DNA from: an uncultured Acidobacteriota bacterium
GTDB lineage: Bacteria; Acidobacteriota; Thermoanaerobaculia; Gp7-AA8
Length of the DNA stretch: 64,000 nt
Reading direction: 5' to 3'
Assembly: GCA_963741955.1 (NCBI GenBank)
Contig: CAVUKB010000001.1
Coordinates: 192,001-256,000 of the forward strand
Position numbers and translations under genes: made by a program
Shown: positions 17,216-28,286 of the stretch, in pieces
How positions within the stretch are numbered: position 1 is the first letter of the stretch
Layout of the letters: each line of letters opens with the position of its first letter
The notes under the pieces: model-generated
What the model was told of the DNA's origin: nothing
The model's input: the letters and a program-made list of their open reading frames with translations, nothing else
Databases searched by the model: none

Positions 17216-17476
17216 GAATGACGATTTTCCGGGATTTTCCGGGCAGCCTCGGGTTTTCGGCGACTCTCGTGTTTCTGGCGATGGGGCGCCGCGGCCGGCA
17301 CGGCGGGAGCCGTGCCGCTCCTCGGGAGGCGGGTTGCTGGCGACGTGTTGCTGCGCGGATTCCGCGACGGGTTGGTGCGGGTAGGCGGGAGGGGTCAGAT
17401 CTTCACTAATGCTCTCGTGTTGCTGGCGGCGGGAGCCGTGCCGCTCCTCGTGATGTCGGTTGTGCGGCGCGCGGGG

Positions 17477-18334
17477 TCAGGCCTTTACTAGAGGGTCCAG
17501 CTTCTCGATGACATCGGCGAGGCGCCGCGCGGTCTGCCCCAGCTGGTGGAGTTGCGAAGAGCGGAGATGTCCCGGGCGGGCGAAGTGAGTGGAGAGAACG
17601 CCGACGCAGCGGTCGCTGCTGGTGACGAGCGGTGTCGACTGCACGGACCGGAATCCGGAGGAGGCGGCGATTGCGCGGTGCTCGGCAAACTCCGGATCGG
17701 ACTCGACGTCGTCGATCAGAATCGTGCTCCCGTTGCGAAGCGCGCGGCCGCATGCCGACCCGTCGAACGCGCTCACGCTCTTGAAGTGCTCGAGGAAATC
17801 GCGGCCGAAACCGCGCTGCGCGATGATCCGTAACGAGTGGTCGCGCGGGTCGAGGATCTGAACGTTCCCGAGCGTGGTCCGGTGGAGGGAGATGGTCCGA
17901 TCGAGCATCCCGTAGATCTGCCGCCGCGGCTCGTATGGCACCCGGAGCGCGCCGTCGCCGTTCGATCCGCCATTCACGCAGGCCCGGACCGACTCGAAAA
18001 GCTCCTCCAGATCGAACGGCTTCGGAAGGACGTCGAACACCGATCGTGGATCGAGATTCTTCCTCGCGCGAGGCGAGAGCCCGGTGACCACGAGGACTCG
18101 CGAGCCGATGTTCCCGTCGTGGCGCTGCATTTCCGCGAGGAGATCGAGCCCTCCTTTCCCTGGAAGCGCGAGGTCGAGGAGCACTGCGTCGTAGCGGAGC
18201 TCCCGCGAGAAAAGCGAGAGTGCCGCCCGGGCATCGGCCGCTTCATGGACTACGTAACCCTCGCGAGCAAGGGCGACATTCAGAAGCTGCCTGGTCGCAT
18301 GGTCGTCTTCGACGACGAGCAGATGGTGTGTCAT
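17477..18334 (-). CDS. Response regulator receiver + GAF domain protein
   Basis: LVVEDD, LLDLALPG, LPKPF; GAF with GNVQ, SACGRA, GFRSVQSTPL, LSTHF. Confidence 0.88.
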   Translation of the reverse strand: MTHHLLVVEDDHATRQLLNVALAREGYVVHEAADARAALSLFSRELRYDAVLLDLALPGKGGLDLLAEMQRHDGNIGSRVLVVTGLSPRARKNLDPRSVFDVLPKPFDLEELFESVRACVNGGSNGDGALRVPYEPRRQIYGMLDRTISLHRTTLGNVQILDPRDHSLRIIAQRGFGRDFLEHFKSVSAFDGSACGRALRNGSTILIDDVESDPEFAEHRAIAASSGFRSVQSTPLVTSSDRCVGVLSTHFARPGHLRSSQLHQLGQTARRLADVIEKLDPLVKA

Positions 18335-18462
18335 GGATTCTTATTAGGATACATCAACGCGAGCCCATTCGTGGTCGGATGGGGCATTTCCCCGATCCGG
18401 CGGGCTCGACATTCAGGGCTTTTTCCTACGCTCTCGCCCCGCCAGCGTTGATTGAAGCGCCG

Positions 18463-18497
18463 GTGGATATTTGTGGACAAAAGTGGGATTAGGTGGT
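18463..18497 (+). promoter_or_regulatory. MraZ operator: four GTGGN boxes at 10-bp period
   Basis: GTGGA 18463, GTGGA 18473, GTGGG 18483, GTGGT 18493 upstream of mraZ. Confidence 0.8.
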
Positions 18498-18533
18498 AGC
18501 TTCTTCGGGAAATCGAAGGGAAATGGCGGATAC

Positions 18534-18986
18534 GTGGAACTGACGGAGCTGATGGGGCATGCCCCGGCGAAAGTCGACGAGAAGGGTCGGATCAAGATCC
18601 CGACCTCGTTCCGTCGCGTCGTCGAGGAGCGCTACGGCCCGGACTGTTTCATCACGTCCATCGATGGAGAGAAGGGGTTGATCTATCCCCTTCCCGTCTG
18701 GCGCGAGTTCCAGGCGCGTCTGGCGAGGGTGCCATCCACCTCCCTCGCGAAGACGAAGCTCCTCGAGCGGGTCAATTACTTCGGCCAGCTCTCGACCATG
18801 GATACTCAGGGGCGCCTCCTGGTTCCCGCGGTCCTGCGGAATGTCGTCGGGATCTCGGAAGACGTGGTGGTGCTCGGACAGGAAGATCACCTGATCGTCT
18901 GGAACGACGAGAAGTTCAGGCAGCGGTTGACCCAGACGCCGTTGACGCCGGAAGAGATGAAGGAGCTGGAGCTCCACGGCGTGTAG
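18534..18986 (+). CDS. mraZ: Transcriptional regulator MraZ
   Basis: VDEKGRIKIP and MDTQGRLLVP; start probably GTG 18534. Confidence 0.95.
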   Translation: MELTELMGHAPAKVDEKGRIKIPTSFRRVVEERYGPDCFITSIDGEKGLIYPLPVWREFQARLARVPSTSLAKTKLLERVNYFGQLSTMDTQGRLLVPAVLRNVVGISEDVVVLGQEDHLIVWNDEKFRQRLTQTPLTPEEMKELELHGV

Positions 18987-19034
18987 TGATCCGTCGGGGC
19001 CCGATCCGGCCCGGACGGGCGGAGCGCGGAGCCG

Positions 19035-20018
19035 ATGGCTGACAACGAAGCGACGAATGCGGACGCAGGCCGTCACGCACCGGTTCTTTTGAAAGAGGTG
19101 ATCGCGCTCCTTCGTCCCGGGAGGGAAGAAGGGACGGTGGTCGATGCGACGGTGGGGCTCGGCGGACACGCCGAGGCTCTTCTGAAGAGCTGGCCCCGAA
19201 TCCGGCTGCTCGGCATCGACCGCGATCCGGACGCGCTCGCGATCGCGACGCGCCGGCTCGAGATCTTCGGAGATCGCGTGACGCTCGTGAGGGGTCGTCA
19301 CGAGAAGCTCATTGAAATTCTGAAGGATCACGGCATCACGGAGATCGACGCGCTTCTCGCGGACCTCGGCGTCTCTTCTCTGCAGTTCGACGAAGCTTCC
19401 CGCGGTTTTTCGTTCCGCGCGGAAGGGCCGCTCGACATGCGGATGGGGCAGGAGGGTGAGAGCGCGGCGGATGTGGTGAACCGGCTCGACGAGACGGATC
19501 TGGCCGATCTGATCTGGCGGTGGGGCGAGGAGCCGATGTCGCGACGGATCGCGCGGGCGATCGTCGCCGCACGCGCCGAGGAACGGATCGAGACCACGAT
19601 GCGCCTGGCGGAGATCGTCCGATCGGTGAAGCGGCGAGGCGCGGGAAGAGGCCGCGGCGCTGCGAGAGAACGGATCGATCCGGCGACGCTGACGTTTCAG
19701 GCGCTGCGGATCGCAGTGAACGAGGAGCTGGTCGGGCTGGAGTCGTTCGTGGAGAACGCCGTCGAGGCGATCTCTCCGGGGGGCCGGATCGCCGTGATCT
19801 CGTTTCACTCGCTCGAAGACCGGATCGTCAAGCGGACGTTCCGGAGACTGGAGGGAGAGTGCATCTGTCCGCCTCGCATCCCGCTCTGTCGCTGTGGTGC
19901 GGTGAAGAAGGTGAATGTGCTCACCCGCAAGCCGGTCGAAGCGGGCGCGGAAGAGACAGCGAGCAATCCGCGGGCGCGAAGCGCGAGGCTTCGGGTCGCG
20001 GAGAAGGTGGAGTGGTGA
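19035..20018 (+). CDS. rsmH: 16S rRNA m4C1402 methyltransferase
   Basis: HAPVLL, DATVGLGGH, DLGVSS.Q, FHSLEDR, NPRARSA. Confidence 0.97.
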   Translation: MADNEATNADAGRHAPVLLKEVIALLRPGREEGTVVDATVGLGGHAEALLKSWPRIRLLGIDRDPDALAIATRRLEIFGDRVTLVRGRHEKLIEILKDHGITEIDALLADLGVSSLQFDEASRGFSFRAEGPLDMRMGQEGESAADVVNRLDETDLADLIWRWGEEPMSRRIARAIVAARAEERIETTMRLAEIVRSVKRRGAGRGRGAARERIDPATLTFQALRIAVNEELVGLESFVENAVEAISPGGRIAVISFHSLEDRIVKRTFRRLEGECICPPRIPLCRCGAVKKVNVLTRKPVEAGAEETASNPRARSARLRVAEKVEW

Positions 20019-20271
20019 AGTATGAAGGAGGAAGAGGAGCCGGGCGGCTCTCTTTCTCCGGCACCGGGGAGTTCGGCGTGGCAGTGAGAGAAGCCGGAGT
20101 CGAGGTGCAAGGGTGAAGGTCGGGGAAGGGTTGGGCGTGTGTGATCGGCCGTTGGGATCGTGGGAGGGGTGGCGCGTGTGGGGTGGGTGTGAGTGAAGAC
20201 GGTCTCGCGGTCGTTGCCGGCAGGCAGATCTTCACCCTTGTACGTCGACTCCGGAGGTCGGCGGCGGGTCC

Positions 20272-20631
20272 ATGTACGCACAGAAGAAAACCATCGAGAA
20301 TACCCACATCGTTCGCGAGCGCGACCGCCGGCGCTTTCGTGAGCTCCTCGCCGTCCTGACCATCGGGGTTCCTCTCGGTCTGTTTCTCCTTCTTTTCACC
20401 TGGCAGAATCTCGAAGTGATCCGGCTGGGGCGCCAGTCGACCCGGCTGGCGAAGGTCAAGTCGGAGCTCGAGGACGCGAACAAGAATCTCCGTCTGGAGA
20501 TCGAGCGGCTGACTGCGCTGGACGAGGTCCAGAAGAAGGCAGAAGCGCTCGGATTCACCCGGACCGACCCCCGACAGATCGTGGTGGTGCGGCGCACGGC
20601 GGCGCCTCCCACTGCAGCAGGGAGGCGATGA
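20272..20631 (+). CDS. ftsL: Cell division protein FtsL
   Basis: Single TM plus leucine zipper between rsmH and ftsI. Confidence 0.85.
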   Translation: MYAQKKTIENTHIVRERDRRRFRELLAVLTIGVPLGLFLLLFTWQNLEVIRLGRQSTRLAKVKSELEDANKNLRLEIERLTALDEVQKKAEALGFTRTDPRQIVVVRRTAAPPTAAGRR

Positions 20632-22586
20632 TGCCCGGAACGCGTCGCCGCTTCGCCGTGATCATCGCGTTTCTCCTCGGCTGGGGTGCAGTCGTCGTCG
20701 GGCGCCTGGTGCAGGTGCAGCTTCTCCGGCACGACGACTACCTCAACCGCGCACAGAAGCAGCAGGAGCGTACTGTAGAGCTGACCCCGGTGCGAGGATC
20801 GATCTTCGACGTGCGCGGACGGGTGCTCGCCGAGAGCATCATCGCGGATTCGATCTACGCCGATCCGCAGAGCATCGAGGATCCGGACGATGCGGCCCGC
20901 AGGCTCGCCTCGATCAAGGGTCTCGGCGTCGACCGGAAGGATCTCGCGCGCCGTCTCCGGGGGCGGGGAGAGTTCGCCTGGATCGCGCGGCAGGTGACGC
21001 CGGAAGTGAGCGAAGCGGTCGCCGAGCTGCGCCTGCAGGGAGTGCACCGGCTGACCGAGCATCGCCGCTCCTACCCGAAAGGTGAGCTGGCGGCGAACGT
21101 GATGGGATACGTCGGCATCGACGGGGAAGGCCTGGGAGGGCTCGAGCATTCGCTCGACTCGTGGGTACGCGGACGCCCGGGACGGGTGACTCTTCTTCGC
21201 GACGCGCGCAAGGAGATGTACCAGGTCGGCGGCGAAGGAAGCAACGCTCCTGCGGACGGAATGAACGTGGTGCTCACCATCGACGAGGTGATCCAGTTCA
21301 TCACCGAACGGGCGGTGGAGAAGGCGGTCCGCGACCAACGGGCGACCAGCGGCGTCGCGATCGTGATGGATCCCCGGACCGGCGACATCCTGGCCATGGC
21401 CTCGGTGCCGACGTTCGACCCGAACCACTACGGTGACGCGTCGCCGGCCCAGTGGCGGAATCGTGCCGTCCAGGACATCTACGAACCGGGATCGACATTC
21501 AAGATCGTCACTGCCTCGGCGGGGCTGGAAGAAGGGCTGATCACGCCCTCACAGATCGTCGACTGCGGCGCGGGAAGTATCCAGGTCGCGAGCGTGAGGA
21601 TTCGGGAGCACGGAGGGAACGCATACGGGCGGATGCCGTTCGAGGACGTGATGGTGCACTCGTCCAACGTCGGAATCATCAAGGTGGGTCTCGCCCTCGG
21701 GCCGCAGCGTCTGTACGACTACATCCGCCGATTCGGATTCGGCGAAGATACCGGAATCGATCTTCCCGGCGAATCGGGAGGGATTCTCCGCAGTCCGTCG
21801 CACTGGTCGCTCGTGTCGAACGCGTCGATGTCGATGGGACAGGAGATCGCGGCGACGCCGCTCCAGGTGCTGCGGGCGATGGCAGCTCTGGCGAACGGAG
21901 GACGGATGGTGCGGCCGCGGATCGTGAGCCGCGTGGTCGACGGGGCTGGAAACGTGGTCTACGCCTCCCCGCCGGATCCGGGCGTGCAGGTGGTCTCGGA
22001 CCGCACCGCCGCGATCATGAACGAGATCCTCAAGGCGGTGGTGGCGCGCGGCACCGGAATCCATGCTGCACTCCCCGACTATGTCGTGGCGGGAAAAACC
22101 GGGACCGCGCAGAAGGCGGTGCGGGGAGGGTACTCCGCCGATCAATTCGTCGCCTCGTTCGTCGGTTACGTCCCGGCGGACCGCCCGCGACTCGCAATCA
22201 TCGTGGTGGTCGACGATCCGAAGCAATCCGAGTACGGGGGAACGGTCGCGGCGCCGGTGTTCCACGACATTGCAGAGGCAGCGCTCCGCTATCTCGACGT
22301 GGAGCCGACCATGCCTGCACGCGAGCTCGTCACTTCCCGGACACTTCTGGCGACGTTCTCGCAGGAGTCCGCCGTACCGGCCGGCGCTGCGGCGCCCGGC
22401 ATGGTTCCGGATCTGCGGGGGTTGGACGGGAGGGACGCGGTCGCGAGAGCGACGGCGGCGGGACTGCGGGTCAGCCTCACCGGGAGCGGGCGGGTGGCTT
22501 CACAGTCGCCGCCTGCCGGAGAGCCGCTCCCGGGAACGCAACGGATCGAGCTGACTCTTTCGACGACAACGGGGTTCGTTCCATGA
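20628..22586 (+). CDS. ftsI: Class B PBP FtsI with C-terminal PASTA domain
   Basis: RGSIFD, EPGSTFK, SSN, KTGTAQ; VPDLRG PASTA. Confidence 0.93.
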   Translation: MMPGTRRRFAVIIAFLLGWGAVVVGRLVQVQLLRHDDYLNRAQKQQERTVELTPVRGSIFDVRGRVLAESIIADSIYADPQSIEDPDDAARRLASIKGLGVDRKDLARRLRGRGEFAWIARQVTPEVSEAVAELRLQGVHRLTEHRRSYPKGELAANVMGYVGIDGEGLGGLEHSLDSWVRGRPGRVTLLRDARKEMYQVGGEGSNAPADGMNVVLTIDEVIQFITERAVEKAVRDQRATSGVAIVMDPRTGDILAMASVPTFDPNHYGDASPAQWRNRAVQDIYEPGSTFKIVTASAGLEEGLITPSQIVDCGAGSIQVASVRIREHGGNAYGRMPFEDVMVHSSNVGIIKVGLALGPQRLYDYIRRFGFGEDTGIDLPGESGGILRSPSHWSLVSNASMSMGQEIAATPLQVLRAMAALANGGRMVRPRIVSRVVDGAGNVVYASPPDPGVQVVSDRTAAIMNEILKAVVARGTGIHAALPDYVVAGKTGTAQKAVRGGYSADQFVASFVGYVPADRPRLAIIVVVDDPKQSEYGGTVAAPVFHDIAEAALRYLDVEPTMPARELVTSRTLLATFSQESAVPAGAAAPGMVPDLRGLDGRDAVARATAAGLRVSLTGSGRVASQSPPAGEPLPGTQRIELTLSTTTGFVP

Positions 22587-24061
22587 GATTGCAGACGTTA
22601 CTCGAGCGTGTTCCGGTAGTCGCGATCCGCGGCGACGCGAATGCGGAGATCATCGACGTGACCGATGATTCGCGGCGGGCCCGTCCCGGCGCGCTCTTCA
22701 TCGCCGTTCCGGGGCTCACTGTCGACGGAGCGCGCTTCATCGACGCGGCGGTCGAGAAGGGAGCGACGGCGATCGTCAGTGAGCTTGGAGAGGAGGATCG
22801 CCCCGGTGTGACCTGGGTCTCGGTCGCGGATGCGCGGCGTGCCCTCGCGCTGATCGCCGCGAATTTCTACGGCCGTTCCGCGGAGAAGCTCGAGCTGGTC
22901 GGCGTGACCGGCACCTCCGGAAAGACGACCACCACCAAGATGGTGGAGTCGATTCTCGACGCGACGGGCGAGCCGGCGGGACTGATCGGAACCATCGAAT
23001 ACCGCGCGGGGGAGAACCGGGAGATCGCGGACCGGACCACTCCCGACGCGATCGTGCTGCAGAAATGGTTCGGGATGATGGTGGAATCCGGTGTGAGGCG
23101 CGCGGTGATGGAGGTCTCCTCGCATGCACTCGCTCTCGGAAGAACGTACGGAATCCCGTACGCCGCTGCGGTCTTCACCAACATCACCCGCGAGCACTTC
23201 GACTTTCACGGAAACTTCGAGAACTACTTCGCGGCGAAGAAGATCCTTTTCGACCAGATCGACCGGAGCCGGAAGAGCGCGGTCGTGAACCGGGACGACG
23301 AATGGGGCCGTAAGCTCATCGAAGAGCTGGGCGATGCGGCGGTGACTTTCGGGAACGGAAGCGACGCGGACATTCATCCCGACCAGGGATTCGTCGTGTC
23401 CGTCGAGGGGCTGCACGGCGATCTGATCACTCCGGCCGGTCGGGTGGTGATCGATTCGCCGCTGCTCGGGATGCCGAATCTCTACAACTGGATGGGCGCG
23501 ATCGGCGCCGCACTGGCAATCGGTATCGAGCGGTCCCGGATCGAGGAGGGAGTCCGGAACCTCGCCGCAGTCAAGGGACGATTCGAGCGGATCTCCGTCG
23601 AAGGAGGTCCGACGGTTCTGGTCGACTACGCGCACAAGCCCGATGCGCTGGAGAAGCTTCTCCACGCGGTGCGGGATCTCGCGGGAAAGCGTCGCATCGT
23701 GGTGGTATTCGGCTGCGGCGGCGATCGCGACCGGGGGAAGCGGCCGGTGATGGGAGAGATCGCGGGAAGGCTGGCGGACTACACCATCATCACCAGCGAC
23801 AATCCGCGCAGCGAGGATCCGCAGAAGATCGTCGAGGAGATCGAGCGCGGCATCGTCGGCACCGGACGGCCCTACGAGACGATCCTCGACCGGCGGAAGG
23901 CGATCGAGGCCGCGGTGCACGTGGCGGACGAGCGGACGGTGGTGGTGGTGGCGGGAAAGGGACACGAGAACTACCAGGTGATCGGCGACCGGATCGTCCA
24001 TTTCGACGACCGGGAAGAAGTCGAAGCAGTGCTCGCGAAGCGAGCTCAAAAAGGATCGTAA
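22583..24061 (+). CDS. murE: UDP-MurNAc-Ala-Glu:meso-DAP ligase
   Basis: True start ATG 22583; GVTGTSGKTTT, MEVSSH, DYAH, DNPR, AGKGHE. Confidence 0.96.
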   Translation: MRLQTLLERVPVVAIRGDANAEIIDVTDDSRRARPGALFIAVPGLTVDGARFIDAAVEKGATAIVSELGEEDRPGVTWVSVADARRALALIAANFYGRSAEKLELVGVTGTSGKTTTTKMVESILDATGEPAGLIGTIEYRAGENREIADRTTPDAIVLQKWFGMMVESGVRRAVMEVSSHALALGRTYGIPYAAAVFTNITREHFDFHGNFENYFAAKKILFDQIDRSRKSAVVNRDDEWGRKLIEELGDAAVTFGNGSDADIHPDQGFVVSVEGLHGDLITPAGRVVIDSPLLGMPNLYNWMGAIGAALAIGIERSRIEEGVRNLAAVKGRFERISVEGGPTVLVDYAHKPDALEKLLHAVRDLAGKRRIVVVFGCGGDRDRGKRPVMGEIAGRLADYTIITSDNPRSEDPQKIVEEIERGIVGTGRPYETILDRRKAIEAAVHVADERTVVVVAGKGHENYQVIGDRIVHFDDREEVEAVLAKRAQKGS

Positions 24062-24286
24062 AAATCAGTGATGTTCGCAACGATTGAAAAATAGCTTGGT
24101 ATCTACGATGAAAATGCATTACGATATCTGCGTTGTTTCGAGCTGGCGTCGTGTTCAGGCTCCGTTGTCGGACGGGTGGCGCGATGAGCGGCCGGTGATC
24201 ATCAGGCAGTGTGACGGGGAAGGGATGATCGCCGGTGGATGGATACAGCGGAGCCCGAAGACGTTGCCAGCAGACGGAGGCCGGCC

Positions 24287-25660
24287 GTGCCGCGGCTGAG
24301 TCCCATCGAGATTGCCGCGATGTGCGGCGGTGAGCTCGTGCAGGGTGGCGAGGTCTCTTTTCCCGCCTTCGTGATCGACAGCCGCGAAGCGACCGAGGAT
24401 TCGCTCTTCTTCGCCATTCGCGGCGAGCGACTCGACGGCCACGACTATCTCCCGGAGGCGCTCGGCACGGCCCGAGGGGCGGTGGTGAGTCGCGTTCCGG
24501 ATCCTCTTCCCGCCGGCAAAGTGATCATCCGCGTCGCGGACACCACGCGTGCGCTCCAGGATCTGGCGAGAGGGGTCAGGTCTCGATTCGACTGGACGCT
24601 GATCGGAATCACCGGTTCCGCAGGAAAGACGACCACCAAGGAGATGATCGCGACGCTGATCGCGACGGAACGGCGGACCGCACGTTCGCGCGGCAACTTC
24701 AACAATCACATCGGACTTCCGCTGGGCATCGTCAACGCACCCGACGATACCGAGGTGTACGTCAGTGAGATGGGAATGAGCGCGAAGGGAGAGATCGAGT
24801 TTCTCGCCACGCTCGCCTCGCCGGACCTCGGCGTCTACACCACCATCAAGCCGGTGCACCTCGAGTTCTTCGGCTCTCTGGACGGGATCGCCGCCGCGAA
24901 GCGCGAGCTGCTGGAGAACATGAAGCAGGACGGGACGATCGTGATCAACGCCGACGATCCGAAGGTGATGGAGATCAGCAGAGGATTTCCGGGGCGGAAG
25001 GTGACGTACGGCTCGGACGCCGGGGCGGAGTATCGCGCCGAGGAGGTCCGGGAGCGCGGACTCCTCGGTACGTCGTTCCGGCTGAGCGCGGAAGGGACGT
25101 CGCGCACGTTCGATCTCCCGATGCCCGGACGGCACAACATGGAGAACCTTCTCGCCGCGATCGCCGCCGCACGTGCGATCGGTATCGGATGGGAAGGAAT
25201 CGAGAAGGGCGTGGCTGCAGTCCGTCCCGCCGCGCACCGCGGCATCGTGATTCGATGGAACGGGGCGACTCTCTACGACGACACCTACAACTCGAATCCG
25301 TATGCGCTCGGGAGGGCGCTCGAACTGCTGGCCCATGCCGATTGTGAGGGACGCCGGATCGCAGTGGTCGGCGACATGCTGGAGCTCGGCGGAGACGAGA
25401 TCGAGTTCCATCGTGAAGCGGGGAGAAAGATGCCCGAGGTGGTCGACACCGTCGTGGCGGTCGGGCCGCGGTCGAAGGCGATGCTCGACGGAGCGGCGGA
25501 GGCGGGATTCGAAGCGAGCGTGCTCCATCACTTCGACGATGCATCCGCGGCGACGGAGTTCCTGCGCACATTCATCACCGCCGGCGATCTGGTGCTGCTG
25601 AAGGCTTCCCGCGGAATCGGACTGGACAAGATCGTGACCACACTCGAGAGCGAGGTGTAG
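24287..25660 (+). CDS. murF: UDP-MurNAc-tripeptide:D-Ala-D-Ala ligase
   Basis: GTG 24287 after GGAGG; [40 protein letters not shown]. Confidence 0.96.
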   Translation: MPRLSPIEIAAMCGGELVQGGEVSFPAFVIDSREATEDSLFFAIRGERLDGHDYLPEALGTARGAVVSRVPDPLPAGKVIIRVADTTRALQDLARGVRSRFDWTLIGITGSAGKTTTKEMIATLIATERRTARSRGNFNNHIGLPLGIVNAPDDTEVYVSEMGMSAKGEIEFLATLASPDLGVYTTIKPVHLEFFGSLDGIAAAKRELLENMKQDGTIVINADDPKVMEISRGFPGRKVTYGSDAGAEYRAEEVRERGLLGTSFRLSAEGTSRTFDLPMPGRHNMENLLAAIAAARAIGIGWEGIEKGVAAVRPAAHRGIVIRWNGATLYDDTYNSNPYALGRALELLAHADCEGRRIAVVGDMLELGGDEIEFHREAGRKMPEVVDTVVAVGPRSKAMLDGAAEAGFEASVLHHFDDASAATEFLRTFITAGDLVLLKASRGIGLDKIVTTLESEV

Positions 25661-25661
25661 A

Positions 25662-26750
25662 TTGCTGTACTACCTCCTGTTTCCGCTTCGGGAGTACATC
25701 TCGGGATTCAACGTCTTCCGGTACATCACGTTCCGGTCGGCGTGGGCAGCGCTCACCGCTCTGCTGATCTCGTTCGTTCTCGGCCCGTGGCTGATTCGCC
25801 GGATGACCAGCATCAAGCTCGGTCAGTACATCCGCGAAGAAGGACCGCAGTCGCATCAGAAGAAGGCCGGGACGCCGACCATGGGCGGGATCCTGATCAA
25901 TCTCGCCATCCTGATTCCGACCATCCTCTGGGCGGACATCATGAACCCGTACATCTGGATCATCCTGTTCGTCACGTTCTCGTACGGCACGATCGGATTC
26001 ATCGACGACTTCCAGAAACTGGTCAAGAAGCGGAACCTCGGATTGACCGCGAAGCAGAAGTTCTCCGCGCAGATCCTGGTCGCGCTGATCGCGGGAATGG
26101 CGATCGCTTACCTGCCGCAGATCCACAATGCGTACTCCACGGTCCTCACATTCCCCTTTCTGAAGCGGTTCGTCCTCGACCTGGGGCTCCTCTACATACC
26201 GTTCATCGTGGTGGTGATCGTAGGAGCTTCGAACGCGGTGAATCTCACGGACGGCCTCGACGGGCTGGCGATCGGCTCGACGCTCATCGCGGCGGCGACC
26301 TACACCATCCTGACGTATGCGGCGGGACACTACCGGGTGGCCGACTATCTGAAGATCGCGTGGGTTCCAGGGGCCGGAGAGCTGGCCGTCTTCTGCGGCG
26401 CGATGATGGGTGCCTCGCTCGGCTTTCTCTGGTTCAACGCGCATCCGGCGGAGATCTTCATGGGTGACGTCGGGTCGCTCGCGCTGGGTGGAGCGATCGG
26501 CTGCCTCGCGGTGATGATCAAACAGGAGATCCTCCTGGTGTTCGTCGGCGGGCTCTTCGTGCTCGAAGCGCTCTCGGTGATCATCCAGGTGATCTCGTTC
26601 AAGTCGACCGGACGGCGGGTCTTTCGAATGTCTCCGTTGCACCATCACTTCGAGCTCTCCGGCTGGGACGAGACGAAGGTGGTGGTGCGCTTCTGGATCA
26701 TCGCGATCATCTTCGCGCTGCTCAGTCTCTCCACACTGAAGCTGAGGTGA
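25662..26750 (+). CDS. mraY: Phospho-MurNAc-pentapeptide transferase
   Basis: [33 protein letters not shown]. Confidence 0.98.
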   Translation: MLYYLLFPLREYISGFNVFRYITFRSAWAALTALLISFVLGPWLIRRMTSIKLGQYIREEGPQSHQKKAGTPTMGGILINLAILIPTILWADIMNPYIWIILFVTFSYGTIGFIDDFQKLVKKRNLGLTAKQKFSAQILVALIAGMAIAYLPQIHNAYSTVLTFPFLKRFVLDLGLLYIPFIVVVIVGASNAVNLTDGLDGLAIGSTLIAAATYTILTYAAGHYRVADYLKIAWVPGAGELAVFCGAMMGASLGFLWFNAHPAEIFMGDVGSLALGGAIGCLAVMIKQEILLVFVGGLFVLEALSVIIQVISFKSTGRRVFRMSPLHHHFELSGWDETKVVVRFWIIAIIFALLSLSTLKLR

Positions 26751-26939
26751 TCGGAGATCTCGAATTGAGGATGTGAGGGTTTACGGACGGTGGAAGTGAT
26801 GGGAGCAGTGCAGAGGAGCGAACGTTCATCGCGAGCGGAGAGGGACGTCGCGAGTTGAAAGAGTCCGGATGGCTGGACCGAAGGCGCGTGGCGGGACGCA
26901 CGCGCTCCTTGGCAAGAGGAAAGGCGAACTGAGTCGGAG

Positions 26940-28286
26940 ATGAGACGAGTTCTGATCATGGGGGCCGGCAAGTCCGGAGTCGCGGCGGCGAACTTTCTCG
27001 CCGGGCGCGAGGTCGACGTGTCGATCACCGACGCGAAACGGGAAGAGGAGCTCCCGCTCGCGTCGTCCATCGACCCGCGCGTGCATCGGGTGCTCGGTGA
27101 GCAGTCGTCCGCGCTGCTCGATGGCGCCGATCTGGTGGTTCTGAGTCCGGGGATTCCGCCGGATGTCCCGCTTCTGATGGAGGCGCACGCGCGCTCGCTG
27201 CCGGTGATCTCGGAGATCGAGCTCGCGTTCCGCCATCTGCAGGGGAAAGTCGTCGCGATCACCGGATCGAACGGGAAATCGACCACGACGGCACTGATCG
27301 GAGAGATCCTGAAGGTCGCCGGCTATGAACCGATCGTTGCGGGAAACATCGGAGAACCGTTGATCGGATCGATCGATCCCACCCGCTCCCGGCATTACGT
27401 GATCGAGCTCTCCTCGTTCCAGCTGGAAACGGTGGAGAGCTTTCACGCGGACGTCGCTCTTCTGCTCAACATCACTCCGGACCACATGGACCGCTACCGG
27501 TCGATGGAGGAGTATGCGGCCGCGAAGCTCCGGATCTTCCGCAACCAGGCGGCGACCGACACTGCGATCGTGAACGCGGACGACGTGCGCACCTCGACTC
27601 CTCCGACGCCGGCGCGGGTCTGGCGTTTCTCCTCCCGCCATCCGGTGGATCGTGGAGCGTGGCTCGAGGGCGAAGCGCTGGCCGTGTCGTTGGGCGACGA
27701 GGATCGGCGGATTCCGCGGAGCGCGCTCCGGATCGAAGGGACGGCCAACGTGGAGAACGCGCTCGCGGCGTGGCTCGCGGCACGAGCGATGGGGATCGGC
27801 GACGTCGACGTGCAGATCGCGTTCGGCAGCTTCACCGGCCTGCCGCATCGGATGGTGAAGGTGCGTGAGCTCGACGGAGTTCGATGGATCAACGACTCGA
27901 AGGGGACGAACGTCGACGCGACGGTGAAGTCGCTGGAAGGGATGCCGGACGGGCGGGTGATCCTGATTCTCGGCGGGAAGGACAAGAAGGGGGAGTTCGA
28001 GCGTCTGCGTGATCTGGTCTCGAGAAAAGCGCGAAACGTTCTCACCATCGGAACCGCAGCGGGACGGGTGGAAGAGGCGCTCGCCGGGACGGTGGAGATC
28101 GTGCCGTGCGGCGACATGAATCGCGCCGTGGAATGGGCGCATTCGCACGCTGCGGAACGTGACGTGGTGCTTCTGTCACCGGCTTGCGCCAGTTTCGATC
28201 AGTACAGGAATTTCGAGCAGCGGGGAGAGCATTTCGAAGAGCTCGTCCGTGGTCTGCGCGAGGGTGCGAGGGAGGGAGACCGATGA
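26940..28286 (+). CDS. murD: UDP-MurNAc-Ala:D-Glu ligase
   Basis: ITGSNGKSTTT, ELSSFQL, NDSKGTN, LSPACASFD. Confidence 0.97.
   Translation: MRRVLIMGAGKSGVAAANFLAGREVDVSITDAKREEELPLASSIDPRVHRVLGEQSSALLDGADLVVLSPGIPPDVPLLMEAHARSLPVISEIELAFRHLQGKVVAITGSNGKSTTTALIGEILKVAGYEPIVAGNIGEPLIGSIDPTRSRHYVIELSSFQLETVESFHADVALLLNITPDHMDRYRSMEEYAAAKLRIFRNQAATDTAIVNADDVRTSTPPTPARVWRFSSRHPVDRGAWLEGEALAVSLGDEDRRIPRSALRIEGTANVENALAAWLAARAMGIGDVDVQIAFGSFTGLPHRMVKVRELDGVRWINDSKGTNVDATVKSLEGMPDGRVILILGGKDKKGEFERLRDLVSRKARNVLTIGTAAGRVEEALAGTVEIVPCGDMNRAVEWAHSHAAERDVVLLSPACASFDQYRNFEQRGEHFEELVRGLREGAREGDR

Noticed and set aside
17300-17455. Duplicated GGCGGGAGCCGTGCCGCTCCTCG as a riboswitch or ncRNA
   Set aside because: Resembles the fragment near 14245-14280 and looks like a decayed REP-type palindrome; no known RNA motif recognised.
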